Positions 41,834 to 54,179 of a DNA stretch of 64,000 nt are shown piece after piece. Source of the stretch: Octopus vulgaris (Eukaryota). Positions within the stretch are counted from its first letter, which is position 1, and each line of letters starts with the position of its first letter. The DNA is taken from contig OX597815.1 in assembly GCA_951406725.2 (NCBI GenBank), positions 42,780,001 through 42,844,000 of the forward strand, in the 5' to 3' direction. The notes below the pieces were generated by a model. The model was not told the origin of the DNA. It worked only from the letters and a program-made list of their open reading frames with translations, and ran no database searches. A program made the position numbers and the translations under genes.

Positions 41834-42109
41834 TTAAATGTTCTACTATATTATATTGTAAATCGAAAGATTTGTCCTTCAATGTATGATGAGTAAAGTT
41901 TCAGCCATTTAATTTGGGAGAGAACTTAGCTATGAAATATTTTTCCATATTCCTCCTGAAAGAGGTGTCGTTCTTCGGACATTTGTAGAAGGGAAAGATC
42001 TTAAATTTTCCTTCTCCACACGTAGCTAGGTGTGTACTTAGTGGTATTTTGCGTAGTTCTTCCTGCCGAATATGTTGTCGGTGAATCCTGGCTCGCTGGC
42101 ACAAATAAT

Positions 42110-43088
42110 TTCTATCGATTGTTTTATGGCCTCTAGACCTAGGGTGTGTGGTATGTTTGTGTATAGATTTGTGACATCAAAGCTTGCAAGTATGGTGTTT
42201 TTCGGGACTGTATTTGGAATGTGTGTGAGGAAGTCTATGTCATCCCTTATGTAGCTTGGTATCTGTGGGCATAAAGGTTTGAGGAGTATATCTATGAAGT
42301 GGCTTAGTTGTTGTGTTGGTGCCTGGGGTCCTGCTACTATTGGTCTCATTGTGAGGTCTGCAGGCCTTTGTATACTTATATAGTGGTTCCTCTGTTCCTC
42401 TATGGCTCTCTGTATTTCAGAGCTTTTATGAATTTTAGGCTTTCTTTGGTTCGTGAGTTGCATAGATAGTCTTTCTCCTTATCTGTAAAGGAGTCCTGGT
42501 ATTCATTGACTAAAGTTCTAATTTTTTTATTGTTGCTTTCTCCGGTGGTGTTGGTTCCTCTTTATAGTATGTCTGGTTGTTCAGTAACTCCAGTATCTTT
42601 TCTTTGTAGTAATCTGTATCCATAATTACTATTGCTCCACCTTTGTCAGCTTCTTTTATAATGATTGACTTGTCATTTTTCAGTTTTTGTAAGGCTTGTT
42701 TTTCTCCTCTGCGGAGATTCTGTTTGCATTTGTGTGTGTGGAGAGGGAATTTGGATATTGTCTCTATGTATGCGTCAAGGTGTTTGTCACTTCCCTTGTA
42801 AGGGGTGAAATGAGATTTTTTTCTTATGATTGAGTTATCTTCTGTTTCTTTATTTTCAAAGAATTCCATAAGGCGGAGATGGCGGCTGAAGTTGTCTATA
42901 TCAGTTTTTAGTTCTATGAGGTTTGGAGTGGGTGTAGGTGTAAATTTGAGGCCTTTTAGAAGTAGGTTCATTTCATTTTCGTCAAGTTCTCTTTTAGATA
43001 AGTTTATTATTTTGGGGTCTATGTGTTTTGTGAGTTCATCCGGAATTTTTGGTGTATTGGGTCTGGAGTATGGTCGAGGTATTCTCTC
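42110..43088 (-). pseudogene. PLE reverse transcriptase N-terminal part (frameshifted, internally deleted)
   Basis: ORFs 42510-43097 and 42038-42463. Confidence 0.85.
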
Positions 43089-43722
43089 CCTAAACAAAAA
43101 ACAAAGAAAACATTATCCCTTTTATAAACACGCACAACCCTGGAGTTACCAACATATTCCAAACCATACATTCAAACCTACCAATAGCCTTACAAAGCCC
43201 CAAAATGAAAAGCGTATTAAACAAATATAGCATAAAATACAGTAGACGACAGGACAAAAACCTAAAGAAACACCTAACAAGAGCGACATTCTCTTCAGAA
43301 ACTAAAACGGAATTCTTTGCAAAAGAGTGCGGAGATGGTAGATGTGGGATCTGCAGCAACCCCACCTACAAATACATAGAGGGAAACAGAGAGATGAGAT
43401 TTAAAAGTGGTGACATATTCAAAGTAAATGCAGATATGAACTGCAAGACGCAGAACGTTATATACTGCATAAAGTGCCCCACGTACAAGGAAAATTACGT
43501 AGGTGAAACTGGTAATTCTTTGTGACAGCGAGCCAGGATTCACCGACAACATATTCGGCAGGAAGAACTACGCAAAATACCACTAAGTACACACCTAGCT
43601 ACGTGTGGAGAAGGAAAATTTAAGATCTTTCCCTTCTACAAATGTCCGAAGAACGACACCTCTTTCAGGAGGAATATGGAAAAATATTTCATAGCTAAGT
43701 TCTCCCCCAAATTAAATGGCTG
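43089..43722 (+). pseudogene. PLE linker + GIY-YIG endonuclease (in-frame stop at 43523-43525)
   Basis: ORF 43205-43525 continues past TGA as QRARIHRQHIRQ...IFPFYKC...EKYFIAKFSPKLN. Confidence 0.85.
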
Positions 43723-43810
43723 AAACTTTACTCATCATACATTGAAGGACAAATCTTTCGATTTACAATATAATATAGTAGAACATTTAATATATGTGTG
43801 TATATATATA

Positions 43811-43847
<37 letters not shown>

Positions 43848-44107
43848 TACCTGTTATATACATTATATTATTTTGTAATTTACTTGATCTTTACTTGCCG
43901 ATTGTCATTCTAATTTTAACCTTCCTATGATATACAGTTTTCAAGATGGTGTAATTTGATTGTTCATTTTGAATCGATAGAAGGTGTTTTTTTTTCTAAT
44001 ATTTCATGTATAAGCATGTATATATATATAGTGACATTGAAGGACACATCTTTCGATTTACAATCTAATATAGTAGAACATTTAGTACATGTCTGTATAT
44101 GTATATA

Positions 44108-44176
<69 letters not shown>

Positions 44177-44470
44177 CCTGTTATATACATTATATTATTT
44201 TTATAATTTACTTCATCTTTACTTTTTAATTGTCACTTTAATTTTAACTTTCCTATGATATACAATTTTCAAGATGGTGAAATTTAGTTGTTCATTTTGA
44301 ACCGATAAAAGGTATTTTTTCAAATATTTCATCTATAAGCGTGTATATATATATAGTGGTATAAATATCAACACAATTTATTCCCCTTCCTCCCTTATTT
44401 TTGTTTTTGTTTTTCTTTTTTTGTCTCTCTCCGCTTCTCCAAACACACAGACACACGCACACGCACACAC

Positions 44471-44532
<62 letters not shown>

Positions 44533-44980
44533 ACGGACACACACACAGACACACACACACACCTCCACAAAACGATCATAAAAAGTGGAAAGAATTCTTA
44601 ACCCCCAAAAAGCATTTGACCATTCTCACAATGATAAAAAGAAATATAATTTATGGCCTACCTCCCCGCCACCACACATTCAGTGACACTGTGAAGTGGT
44701 CAAAGCTGAAATTCTTAGAACCCCCTTGGAGTCAATATTCTGTCCAGCAGTCCAATAAAATTCTTTCCTTCTTCTTCCCTCTCCCTTCCCCTCTTTCTCT
44801 TTAGCACTCACCTCAGATACAAACACACGCACACACACACACATACACATACACATACACACATGTTCTCTCTCTCCCTTTCTCCTCATCCACTTCACCC
44901 TCTTGTACTGTCTTATATTTCTCCCCACCACTACGAAACTCTATAAAATGATTAAAATTCCCCACAAAGGAACTTATTTT

Positions 44981-45022
44981 GATTTGAAAACCCCACTAGA
45001 ATGGGAGAAAGCGCTAATGATC
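44981..45022 (+). ncRNA. Hammerhead-like remnant in PLE terminus (mirror copy at 40671-40712 on minus)
   Basis: gat TTGAAAA c ccca ctagaa tggg a GAAAG cg CTA atg; stem II and palindromic AGCGCT retained, core altered at two positions in both arms. Confidence 0.45.
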
Positions 45023-45110
45023 TAAGTGATATGATATATATATAAAAAATGTAATATATAAATAAATACCTGTAAATATAAACCATCCGATCTTCTGATT
45101 ACCTCATTTC

Positions 45111-45172
<62 letters not shown>

Positions 45173-45380
45173 GTGAAATAGAAAGATGAATAATCTTGTA
45201 GTAGATTAATCAAAAGTTTAACCGATACCTTAGTAGCAAAAATCACAGCAGTAAACAGCACGGTTGGAGGTACAACCATATGGTGTTGCAACCGTGCGTT
45301 GGTGCGGATAATTGAAATTAAAACATTATTGGTGAATTGAAGAAATGGAGCTGAACGCAGATTGAACAGAAATCGTTTAA

Positions 45381-45469
45381 TTTCATTCTACACGTGTTTC
45401 GAAAGGCACAAATTACCAAAATCCGATTGAATAATGGGACCATATTGTGTCTTTCTCTTCAGGAAGAAA
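45381..45469 (-). ncRNA. Intact type-I hammerhead motif (mirror copy of 46169-46257)
   Basis: Exact reverse complement of 46169-46257. Confidence 0.88.
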
Positions 45470-46168
45470 ATAGGAAATCCGTTGGAAAAACAAAAACAGA
45501 ACAGAGGCGGAGCAAAAACAAATCGAACTATGCTCCTAAGAGCCCATGGCGAAACTGTTTATCAGTGTATGTTGAGAACCGGTGGCTGAAGAATTTAACG
45601 GGTCAGGCATCGGTCAATCATGTGGGTGTGGGTGTGTAGGTGTTCTTTGTGACCGAGAATAAAGTTCTGACTATTTAAGGAATATTGGATGTTTTATAAG
45701 GGGCGAGAAAAAATCTACTTAGAGACGTGTGTGTGTGTATACTGTTCTATATATGTGTGTTGGCGTAGGGGTAGAAAACATTTTTTGTGTACGTGTGTGC
45801 GTTTGATCGTTCGGCTGTCAGTGGCTACTGCCGTCAGAATCGTTGGGTGGCAGAAAAAAAATATATATATATTATGTTTTATGTGTGTGTGTGTGTTCAT
45901 CTAAGCCTGCCTTGTCAAGGAAACCCCCCGCTGTGAAAAAACCAAGCCCCGTTTGTCTTACAGGAGTAATTCCCCTTGCAGTGGCTAATCGTAGATATCT
46001 TAAAGGCTATTTCAGAATTTGTTACCAAGGGCTATGGGTGCCGGTATTATTTATAAACGCTATTTATAAACGCTATTATTTATAAACGCCATGGGCTCTT
46101 AGGAGCATAGTTCGATTTGTTTTTGCTCCGCCTCTGTTCTGTTTTTGTTTTTCCAACGGATTTCCTAT

Positions 46169-46257
46169 TTTCTTCCTGAAGAGAAAGACACAATATGGTC
46201 CCATTATTCAATCGGATTTTGGTAATTTGTGCCTTTCGAAACACGTGTAGAATGAAA
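46169..46257 (+). ncRNA. Intact type-I hammerhead ribozyme motif with extended stem II
   Basis: tttcttc CTGAAGA gaaag a cacaa...ttgtg c ctttc GAAAC acgt GTA gaa(t)gaaa; canonical G10.1-C11.1 pair, palindromic ACACGTGT. Confidence 0.88.
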
Positions 46258-46311
46258 TTAAACGATTTCTGTTCAATCTGCGTTCAGCTCCATTTCTTCA
46301 ATTCACCAATA

Positions 46312-46350
<39 letters not shown>

Positions 46351-47065
46351 CCTACATACTTTCGAAAAACACGTCACAGACAATTTTCAAACAACTTCAT
46401 ATGAGATAAAAATCTTATAATGCCTCGCTATCTCCTCTCCCTCTTTCTATCTAATATATATATTTTTATTACCCTCTTTTTCTTACATATACTCATTATA
46501 TATTTTTCTTAACAACTACTGTATTGTACCTCTCTGTGTCCTTGCATTTATCTCGTTTCAACGCAGAGTCTACTCATTTTTATTTTATATTGCTTTAATA
46601 GAGACGTTGGTGCACACTATAGAATCCACCGTTTGATATTCGAAGCCCTGTTTTCCGCCGTGTGATGTCAGGTTAAATGAAGCGTAATTTCTACTCAGAA
46701 TACAAAAAACGGGACCTCATATTGCTAGGCATCTTGTCCGATGTACTCAAAACATTCTGTCAATCTACCGCCACAGAGTGTAACTTTACTTATCGACGCT
46801 ATGAAAATGGCAAATATGATCCCGGTGTAAAACGAAATCCAGACTCAGAGAGTAAAAGAAAAATACCATAAATGAGGCTAAGCAACATTTTATTTTCTAA
46901 TTCGATGTCTCTTTCTGAAAAAAAAATGATCTTGTCATGTATACGCTGTGTAAAGGAAGTTCTTTTTATTCTTGATCTAAGTTGAAGTAGAGAATTTAAC
47001 TTCTGAGTGGGTAAACTGGGTAAACTCTGGGCCGCTGAGGTAGCCAAAAGCTAATACATAATAGA

Positions 47066-47447
47066 TACTCTTTACTCTTTTACTCTTTTACTTGTTTCGG
47101 TCGTTTTACTACGGCTATGCTGGAGCACCGCCTTTTAGTCGATCAAATCGACCCCAGGACGTATTCTATCGGTCTGTTTCGCCGAAACGCTAGGTTACGG
47201 GGGTGTAAACACACCAACATCGGTTGTCAAGCAATGTTGAGGGGACAAACACAGACACACAAACATATACACACACATACATATATAAATACGACGGGCT
47301 TCTTTCAGTTTCCGTCTAGCAAATCCACTCACAAGGCTTCGGTCGGCCCGAAGCTATAGTAGAATGCACTTGCCCTAGGTGCCACGCAGTGAGACTGAAC
47401 CCAGAACCATGTGGCTGGTAAGCAAGCTCCTTACCACACAGCCACAT
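47066..47447 (-). mobile_element. tRNA-derived SINE family A
   Basis: Matches 33641-34062; (CTTTTACT)n tail. Confidence 0.88.
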
Positions 47448-47710
47448 TCTAGGTTTATAAGTGGCATTGCACAATGGTGTATAAGAGAAAACTTTTTTTT
47501 ACAATTAGCCTTATAAGCAATGTTCAGTCATTGATTCGTCTATAAGAATGGCGTATATCTTCAAAATTATTAAGAAATTATCTTCAAAATTATTAAGAAA
47601 ACTTCAAAACTTCAACTTCCGTTGTTATAGGACATTTTCATCAAATATAAAAACATTGACTTTGTGATTAATAGCTTTTGATAGATTGTCATTAAATAAA
47701 TAAATAAATA

Positions 47711-47749
<39 letters not shown>

Positions 47750-49969
47750 GAATAGTTTTATAAGACATCCATTTGATAGCTATATCTATCTAGCTATCTA
47801 GCTATATATATATATATACGCATGTGTATGTGCATGTGTGTAACTGTGCATATGCGTGCATATTTATATGTGTATGAGTGTGCGTGTCTGCGTGTGTTTG
47901 CGTGTCCGTGTGTGTATAAGTGTTTGTGTGTATGTGTGTGTGGTTGTGTCTTCAAATCTATCTTAAATAAACTTATAGGAAATTAAAATTCTTATTTCAT
48001 CGTAAGAAGCATTAAATTTACTAAAAGAAACAGAAAATGTATTCACAAATTGCAGTCTACTAGAAAATAATGGGGGCATTCAAGCGTATAAGATATCCTC
48101 GACATTATACTGATAATACACTTCTGTACGAAATATGGTGGCTATTGTTGTTTAGCCCGTAGTGAACTCTGACCGAGCAGACATATGATCAAATACAGTT
48201 TTGCAATGAACACCTGAACACTTTATTCTAAAATGTATTTAGACACACGGTTTTTAATGTATCCCTTCTACCTATACTAGAAAACTGGATAGAGATTCGG
48301 CAACAACTTGTGGCAGGTTGATCGAGTAGAAACGAGTAAACCTTGCGATAAAACTGCAAATTTCAGATGATTATTGTCAAATAGTTACATAGTCAAATCT
48401 ACAAACAGAAAGGAAGGTTTTTGTTTAAGATTGTAGCATAAACTTTTATGAAACAAAAACTAAAGAATATTAGATTTATACTTTGATTATTCTGACCGAA
48501 TAACATTTTACAAAATATTACAATGACTACATATCTCAGGTAGATAAGATATGGCTCGATGAAATGTCATAAAGTTCCTGATTTAAGATCAAATTATTCG
48601 GTTGTTTTAACAGATATTTACACGATTTAAAATCTGAAATGCACACTTCAGTTGTTGTCTTTAAAAGCCATATTATTGGCTTTTCATATGTCTAATCTTA
48701 AGTGGAAGTCTATCTCATTTCTACTCAAGTTTATCATATAAAATATTGTCTATCTATATTGCAAAACTTAACTTTGGTATTCAAAATAATCATTAGAAAG
48801 CTTCAATAAAAGTTAATAAAGTGTAACGAAATTAGCTATTCAAATTTTCTCATTTCAATAAGTTATATTTCTTGAATTGTGTTATGTTATTTATTGCTAT
48901 ATTTTCGACAATCCGGAAAAAACACCTCTCAATATTAAATGTTAATGCACTGTGATATTTTATAAACATTCACTTCACATCTGTAAAGGTAATCGATTTT
49001 TCTTTGAATTATGAGTGCAAAATATATTCCTAAAGTAAAAGTGGATCAATATATATTTTTGCTCCGATAAACAATGGTGAACTTTTGCAAAAGCTTCATT
49101 AATTCAGTCGCTGAATGCTACCGCTATTTTTCTATTTTTTCATATGTCTTTACTAATTGACACCATTGCAGCTGATTCAGAAAATTTTCCCCTTCATTTA
49201 CTCTTGTTGTTTTTCGCTTAATTAATTATTTATTTTCCATTTCCTTGGCATTTAACTTTGCCACTTATCTCCAATGTTCTATTTCAAAAGTATATATGAT
49301 ATCAAAATCTATCATGGAAACTAAAATTAAGTGTTTTCTTTGTGGTGGAATTCACGTCATTTTTAGTTTCATTGTTGAGTCCTTCGAAATATTCATCAAA
49401 TCGAACATTATACAATACAGTTAATAGTACACATAATAATTATTTCTTTCATCTTGATAAAAATAAACTATTAGCTATTGCATCTCTTGTGTGCATGTGT
49501 GTGACCTGTGTGTATGTATGTATACGCACTGAAATACATACACATAGAGGTTTGGCTGCAAATAATTTCTAGTGTAAATAAAAAGCTTCTCTTAGCAAAA
49601 ACGTTAAGATTAGCCCTAATGGCTCTGCTACAGCTGACTGATAGAATGAGTTGTTGCTTTGTCTTCTTGCAATATCTACTCTGATTGCTATTCCCGTAAC
49701 CAAATTCTATGAAGCTACAATGTAAATGAGCCCTAAATTATGTTGCATAAAATAGACATAGTTTATTTGTTACTTATCGTCAAGAAACACAAAGATGAAA
49801 AAATAGTCTGTTTATTAACACAGATATACAAGAATTATGAAATGTTATGAAATAAGAAATGAATTAAAATTTAATTGTATAAATGTAAATTTTTAGAGTA
49901 AATAACTAAATATTCATTATTTACATTATTTACATTTGACGGATATCTGTTCTCATCTTGCTTGTTGTT

Positions 49970-50013
49970 AACACAACGTTTCGGATGATATAGCATCAAG
50001 CCTTCATCAGGTG
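49970..50013 (-). ncRNA. Degenerate hammerhead motif in inverted pLTR
   Basis: cac CTGATGA a ggcttgatgctatatcatcc GAAAC GTT gtgtt; stem II partly broken. Confidence 0.6.
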
Positions 50014-50147
50014 AGGACATTTCGAACCTAGGTTCTCATTCCGAAAGTATTTTCCGATGGTATTATTATTATTATTGTTGTTGTTGTTGCTGCTGTTGCT
50101 GTTGTTGCTGCTGTTGCTGTTGTTTTTGTTGCTGTTGCTGCTGCTGT

Positions 50148-50228
50148 TCAGGTCACTGCCTGGAATTAAACTCGGTATCTTCGGGTTAGTAGCCCGCGCT
50201 CTTAACCACTACGCCATATGCCCGTGGG
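50148..50228 (-). promoter_or_regulatory. tRNA-like sequence (Pol III A/B boxes) embedded in PLE 3' UTR
   Basis: gggcatatggcgtagtggttaagagcgcgggctactaacccgaagataccgagtttaattccaggcagtgacc; A box TGGCGTAGTGG, anticodon-like arm cggg-ctactaa-cccg; second copy at 52558-52622 has B box GAGTTCGATTCC. Confidence 0.75.
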
Positions 50229-52638
50229 CAATTATGGGGTGAATTTTAGGGCTTATAAATCTAATATTCTCCCATCTTTCCTTAATACCGGTTCCCATAT
50301 GTTGTTCATATCTGCACTCGATCTACTTAGGAGGTTGTTGTGGCATAGCATATGTGCTGCTTCTTTTAGTTTTCGTATTTTCCAGTGGTGTTCTCTGTCT
50401 ATTATTTTAACTTCATCCGACAGGGGGAAATGGTCTCCATTTTCCATACATGATCAGCTATACCCGATTTATCAATATCTCCCCGTGTCACAGATTTGCG
50501 ATGTTCCTCTATCCATATTTTGAGGAGGCGGCATGTTTCGCGTTTGAATAACCTACAACAGCTGCATGGGATGGAGTACACGCTGTTCTTGATCATATTC
50601 TCTTCTATTGGTGGTGATTATCGCGATCGCTACTTATATTCATTGCTCGATGTTTTAGGCACTGAACAATCCTTCTCTTTACACTGTATGGATGACACCA
50701 GTCGATTCATATAAAGCTAGAAGAGTAGCGGAAAGGGCAGGACATGCCCTCATCCGTGAGAAAATCCATTACAACCGTTGAAAGAAAATATCAACTAAAT
50801 AACGAAATCATAGAGAGGTTGTCTTCATTACTTAGGAAAATAACCAGAGATGAAGATAGAAATAGAATCCAACAAGATCTAGAAAATTCGTACATGAAAT
50901 AATTCGAAATGGTGAAGACATGCCAGATTAAGAAGTCTATGAAACTCAAACGTCAGAGAATGAAGACTGAAGTCCGTCACTCACCTGTGAAAGCAGTAAT
51001 TAATGTAGCCGACATCTAGAAAGCTCTGAAAAAGCAGTACTAAACAAAGGTCTCAACTTTGCGATAACCATCAAGCACATTCCATACTTGGACGTAATAG
51101 CTTATTGAGGAGATAGCCATAAAGATACCAAAAGTTCAGGGTGATGAACTAAGGTGGAAAATGAGACAAGTACTAGAAAAGCGAAACTTCCCAAACCAAA
51201 CATCACTAAGGAAGAAACGTTCGCTATCAAAAGACTACAGAGTGACAATTCCATCATAATACTTCCAGCAGACAAGGGAAAACGCTACAGTGGTGATGAA
51301 CAAGTCTGACTATTCGGAAAAAAACTGGCAAGTCTTATAAGTGATAGTAGCTACAGCAAGGTAAAGAAAGACCCCACTTTGAAAACAGAGAGGAATTTGT
51401 CACAGATCTTGATCAAGAACAAGGATAACTTTACACCAATGAAGTACAGACAACTGACTCAACATTATAGTAAAGTTCCTCACATGTACGGTCTTCCTAC
51501 GATTCACTAGGATGGTATTCCATTAAGACCTTTAGTGAGCTGTAGAGGTTCAGCATGTCATCCACTGAGCCGCTTCCATGTGGATATAATCAATCCATTA
51601 GCAGGAAAATCAACATCTTACTTGAAGAATTCCACCCACTTCACAGAATTGATCAATGATACCCCCATTGAATCCAACCAGATGGTGAGTCTAGATGTGA
51701 TAAGTCTGTTCACCAAAGTCCCAACTGGTGAAGCACTATCAGTGATTCCAGAAAAACTAATGACAGACACCCATCTAAAAGAACGCACTAGTATACCAAT
51801 AAGAAACTTGATGGAAATGTTGACCTTCTGTGTAGAAACTACCTACTTCAGTATGGACATTGATACATCGACAAGAAGAAGGTTTAGCTATGGGTTCGCC
51901 ATTATCACCAATAATAGCCAATATATACATGGAATACTTTGAGAATTTGGCTTTAGGATCAACACCACTAAAACCAACTCTATTGCTGTTGATGACACCT
52001 TCATACTCTGGCCCCACCGGGAAGATGTCCAAGTGCTGTTCGATCATGTGAACTCAATAAAGTCATCCATACAGTTCACAATGAAAAATGAAAAAGACAA
52101 TCAGCTAGCATTCCTGGATGTATTAATAACACGCACAAAGTATGGATTCAGGACATCTGTATACCGCAAGCCGATCCTCACTGGACGATACCTCAGCTTC
52201 AACTCCCACCATCCATACAGTGTAAAGAGAGGGATTGCTCAGTGCCTAAAACATCGAGCAATGAATACAAGTAGCGAAGAAATGATCACGCACAGTAAAA
52301 ATCTATGAAGCAACAACTACCCCAAAAGCGTACTCTCCACTCCAATTGTGAAGAAAAGAGAGGATGAAACCGAAAAACTGACCGCAGTCTGTCTATCCTA
52401 TGTGAAAGGCCTCTCTGAAAAGATACAAAAGATATGCGGCCCATATGATATAAGGACAGTATTCAAAAGTAATACAACACTTCGCAAATATCTCCTTCGA
52501 GTAAAACCACCAAAAGAAGAGAATATGATCAAGCGCTCTTAATCACTACGCCATATGCTCGTGGTTAAGAGCGCGGGCTACAAACCCCCAAGATTCCGAG
52601 TTCGATTCCAGGGAGTGACCTGAATAATAATGATAATA

Positions 52639-52698
<60 letters not shown>

Positions 52699-52817
52699 GA
52701 ACGAACTATTGAGTTTGGTTTAATGGCCTACCAATGTATACTATGAGTTTCTTTGCCCTAGGAGTCGGGAAGACACTCGGCAAGAAATGGAAGCAAATTT
52801 GAAAGAAGAAAAAAAAA

Positions 52818-52850
<33 letters not shown>

Positions 52851-52900
52851 TTGATAACAACAGCAAAAACATCGAAAAGTACCTTAGGAAATTTCCCCAA

Positions 52901-52946
52901 GACACCTGATGAAGGCTGGAGGGTATATCAGCCGAAACGTTGTGTT
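52901..52946 (+). ncRNA. Minimal type-I hammerhead ribozyme motif in PLE pLTR
   Basis: gacac CTGATGA a ggctg gagggtatat cagcc GAAAC GTT gtgtt; 5-bp stems I and II, palindromic AACGTT in place of stem III. Confidence 0.85.
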
Positions 52947-53755
52947 AACAACAAAGATGGGGACAAATATCCGACAAATGTATATAATGTATATAATGTA
53001 CATAATTCCTCATCTCTTAAATATAGAACTGTAACTAAATATTCATGCTCCTTTTGTGCTTGCTTATCTCTTTTGTGCGTGAAGAATATATACAAACCAA
53101 TTAAACTCACTGCTGTTATGAGAATAACCGCCATAAGGAAGACAATTCAAGCACATGACGATGGGCATGGCATCTAGAATGAACAGACAAATGGCTGTCA
53201 TGGGATAACAAGAGAATATTGTGTGCGTGTGCATACAACTCACCTTTAGAGATGATAAACCACTACTAAAATGGTAAATATCAAGAGAAAAGGCCAAGAA
53301 CGGAAATATTTCTTCACCTTTTGTGTCTAATAAATCATGTTTATTTTTACGACATTTGAATGAATTTTGTCTATTTTTATAACGGTTCAATGTGATTTGG
53401 GTGAAGTTTAGCTGCAATTACTAGCATTGTAATGCCATTTTCATTGTCTCGTCTCTTTCATCTGAGCTACAAAAATATCTTCTACAGAAATCCGGCATCT
53501 TCCAAAGAAAAGAAAAACTTACAGACGCAAAATTCTTTAAAATAATATCCAGACTGTTTTGTAACGACGACATTCTTTATTCTTATTCCTATTCATTATT
53601 CGCTATTCTTAACCTTTTATGTAAATATTGCTAGCCTTTACTCCTTATTCTTACAATCTTACTACAGATTATTGATATTTTAATAATTTTTGTCTTTTTC
53701 TTCCTTAGCAATATTTATAATATTGCATGCTAATATTTGATATTACATTCACGTC

Positions 53756-53826
<71 letters not shown>

Positions 53827-54127
53827 TTGAAGAATGCGAATGCATGTATCTATCAAGTAAACATGATTTGCATATATACGTATAAGTTTGTAAATATGTC
53901 AATGTGAGTACGTGTATATATATATATATATATATATACATTATATATAAGGGCTTAGTAAAATAAATTACTTTGCCACATACTGAACTCATTAGAAATA
54001 GCAGCTAAAGAAATTTCTTCAGCTATTTCTAATACTTAAAGAAGATCTCTCTCAGATAGTGTTTGCCTAAACCAACTCACAAAGGTATGGGGGAAAAAAC
54101 ATTAAAAAATCAAGTGCAAAGGTTATT

Positions 54128-54179
54128 TGAGAACGTACGTTTCTAGATTAGTCAATTCGACATTTCTTTCGTCAGCTCA
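54128..54179 (-). ncRNA. Type-I hammerhead motif (tandem copy 1)
   Basis: tgag CTGACGA a aga aat gtc gaatt gac taa tct a GAAAC gtac GTT ctca; palindromic AACGTACGTT. Confidence 0.78.

Larger units (their letters stand above)
40571..45122. mobile_element. Head-to-head inverted Penelope-like element with ~1.5-kb inverted arms (40571-42105 / 43519-45122)
   Basis: Minus 43088->42110 encodes PLE RT N-part (LLKGLKFTPTP, IKEADKGGAIVIMD, MRPIVAG, ASFDVTNLYTNIP) fused to GIY-YIG tail; plus 43089->43722 encodes GIY-YIG (CGDGRCGIC, NVIYCIKCP...YVGETG); UTRs mirror each other. Confidence 0.92.
45171..46315. mobile_element. ORF-less HHR element with apparently perfect 229-bp inverted repeat (45323-45551 / 46087-46315), inserted in (TA)n
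   Basis: Arms identical by eye; (TA)n at 45116-45170 and 46315-46345; short slippage repeats (tatttataaacgc x3) at the inversion junction. Confidence 0.9.
49915..53030 (+). mobile_element. Penelope-like element (Poseidon/Penelope-type) with inverted 5' arm (49915-50697 on minus) and decayed RT body (50698-52530 on plus)
   Basis: ILPADKG, SLDVISLFTKVP, QEEGLAMGSPLSPIIANIYME, DDTF, LAFLDVLI; minus arm encodes GIY-YIG (NSVYSIPCSCC, SGIADHVW, RKLKEA); same terminal sequence at both ends in inverted orientation. Confidence 0.92.

Noticed and set aside
44683-44720. gacaCTGTGAagt...gctGAAAttc in the PLE UTR
   Set aside because: Core missing a base; no stem I or III
50148-50228. Functional tRNA gene
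   Set aside because: Acceptor and T stems pair poorly and it is embedded in a retroelement; treated as a tRNA-derived promoter
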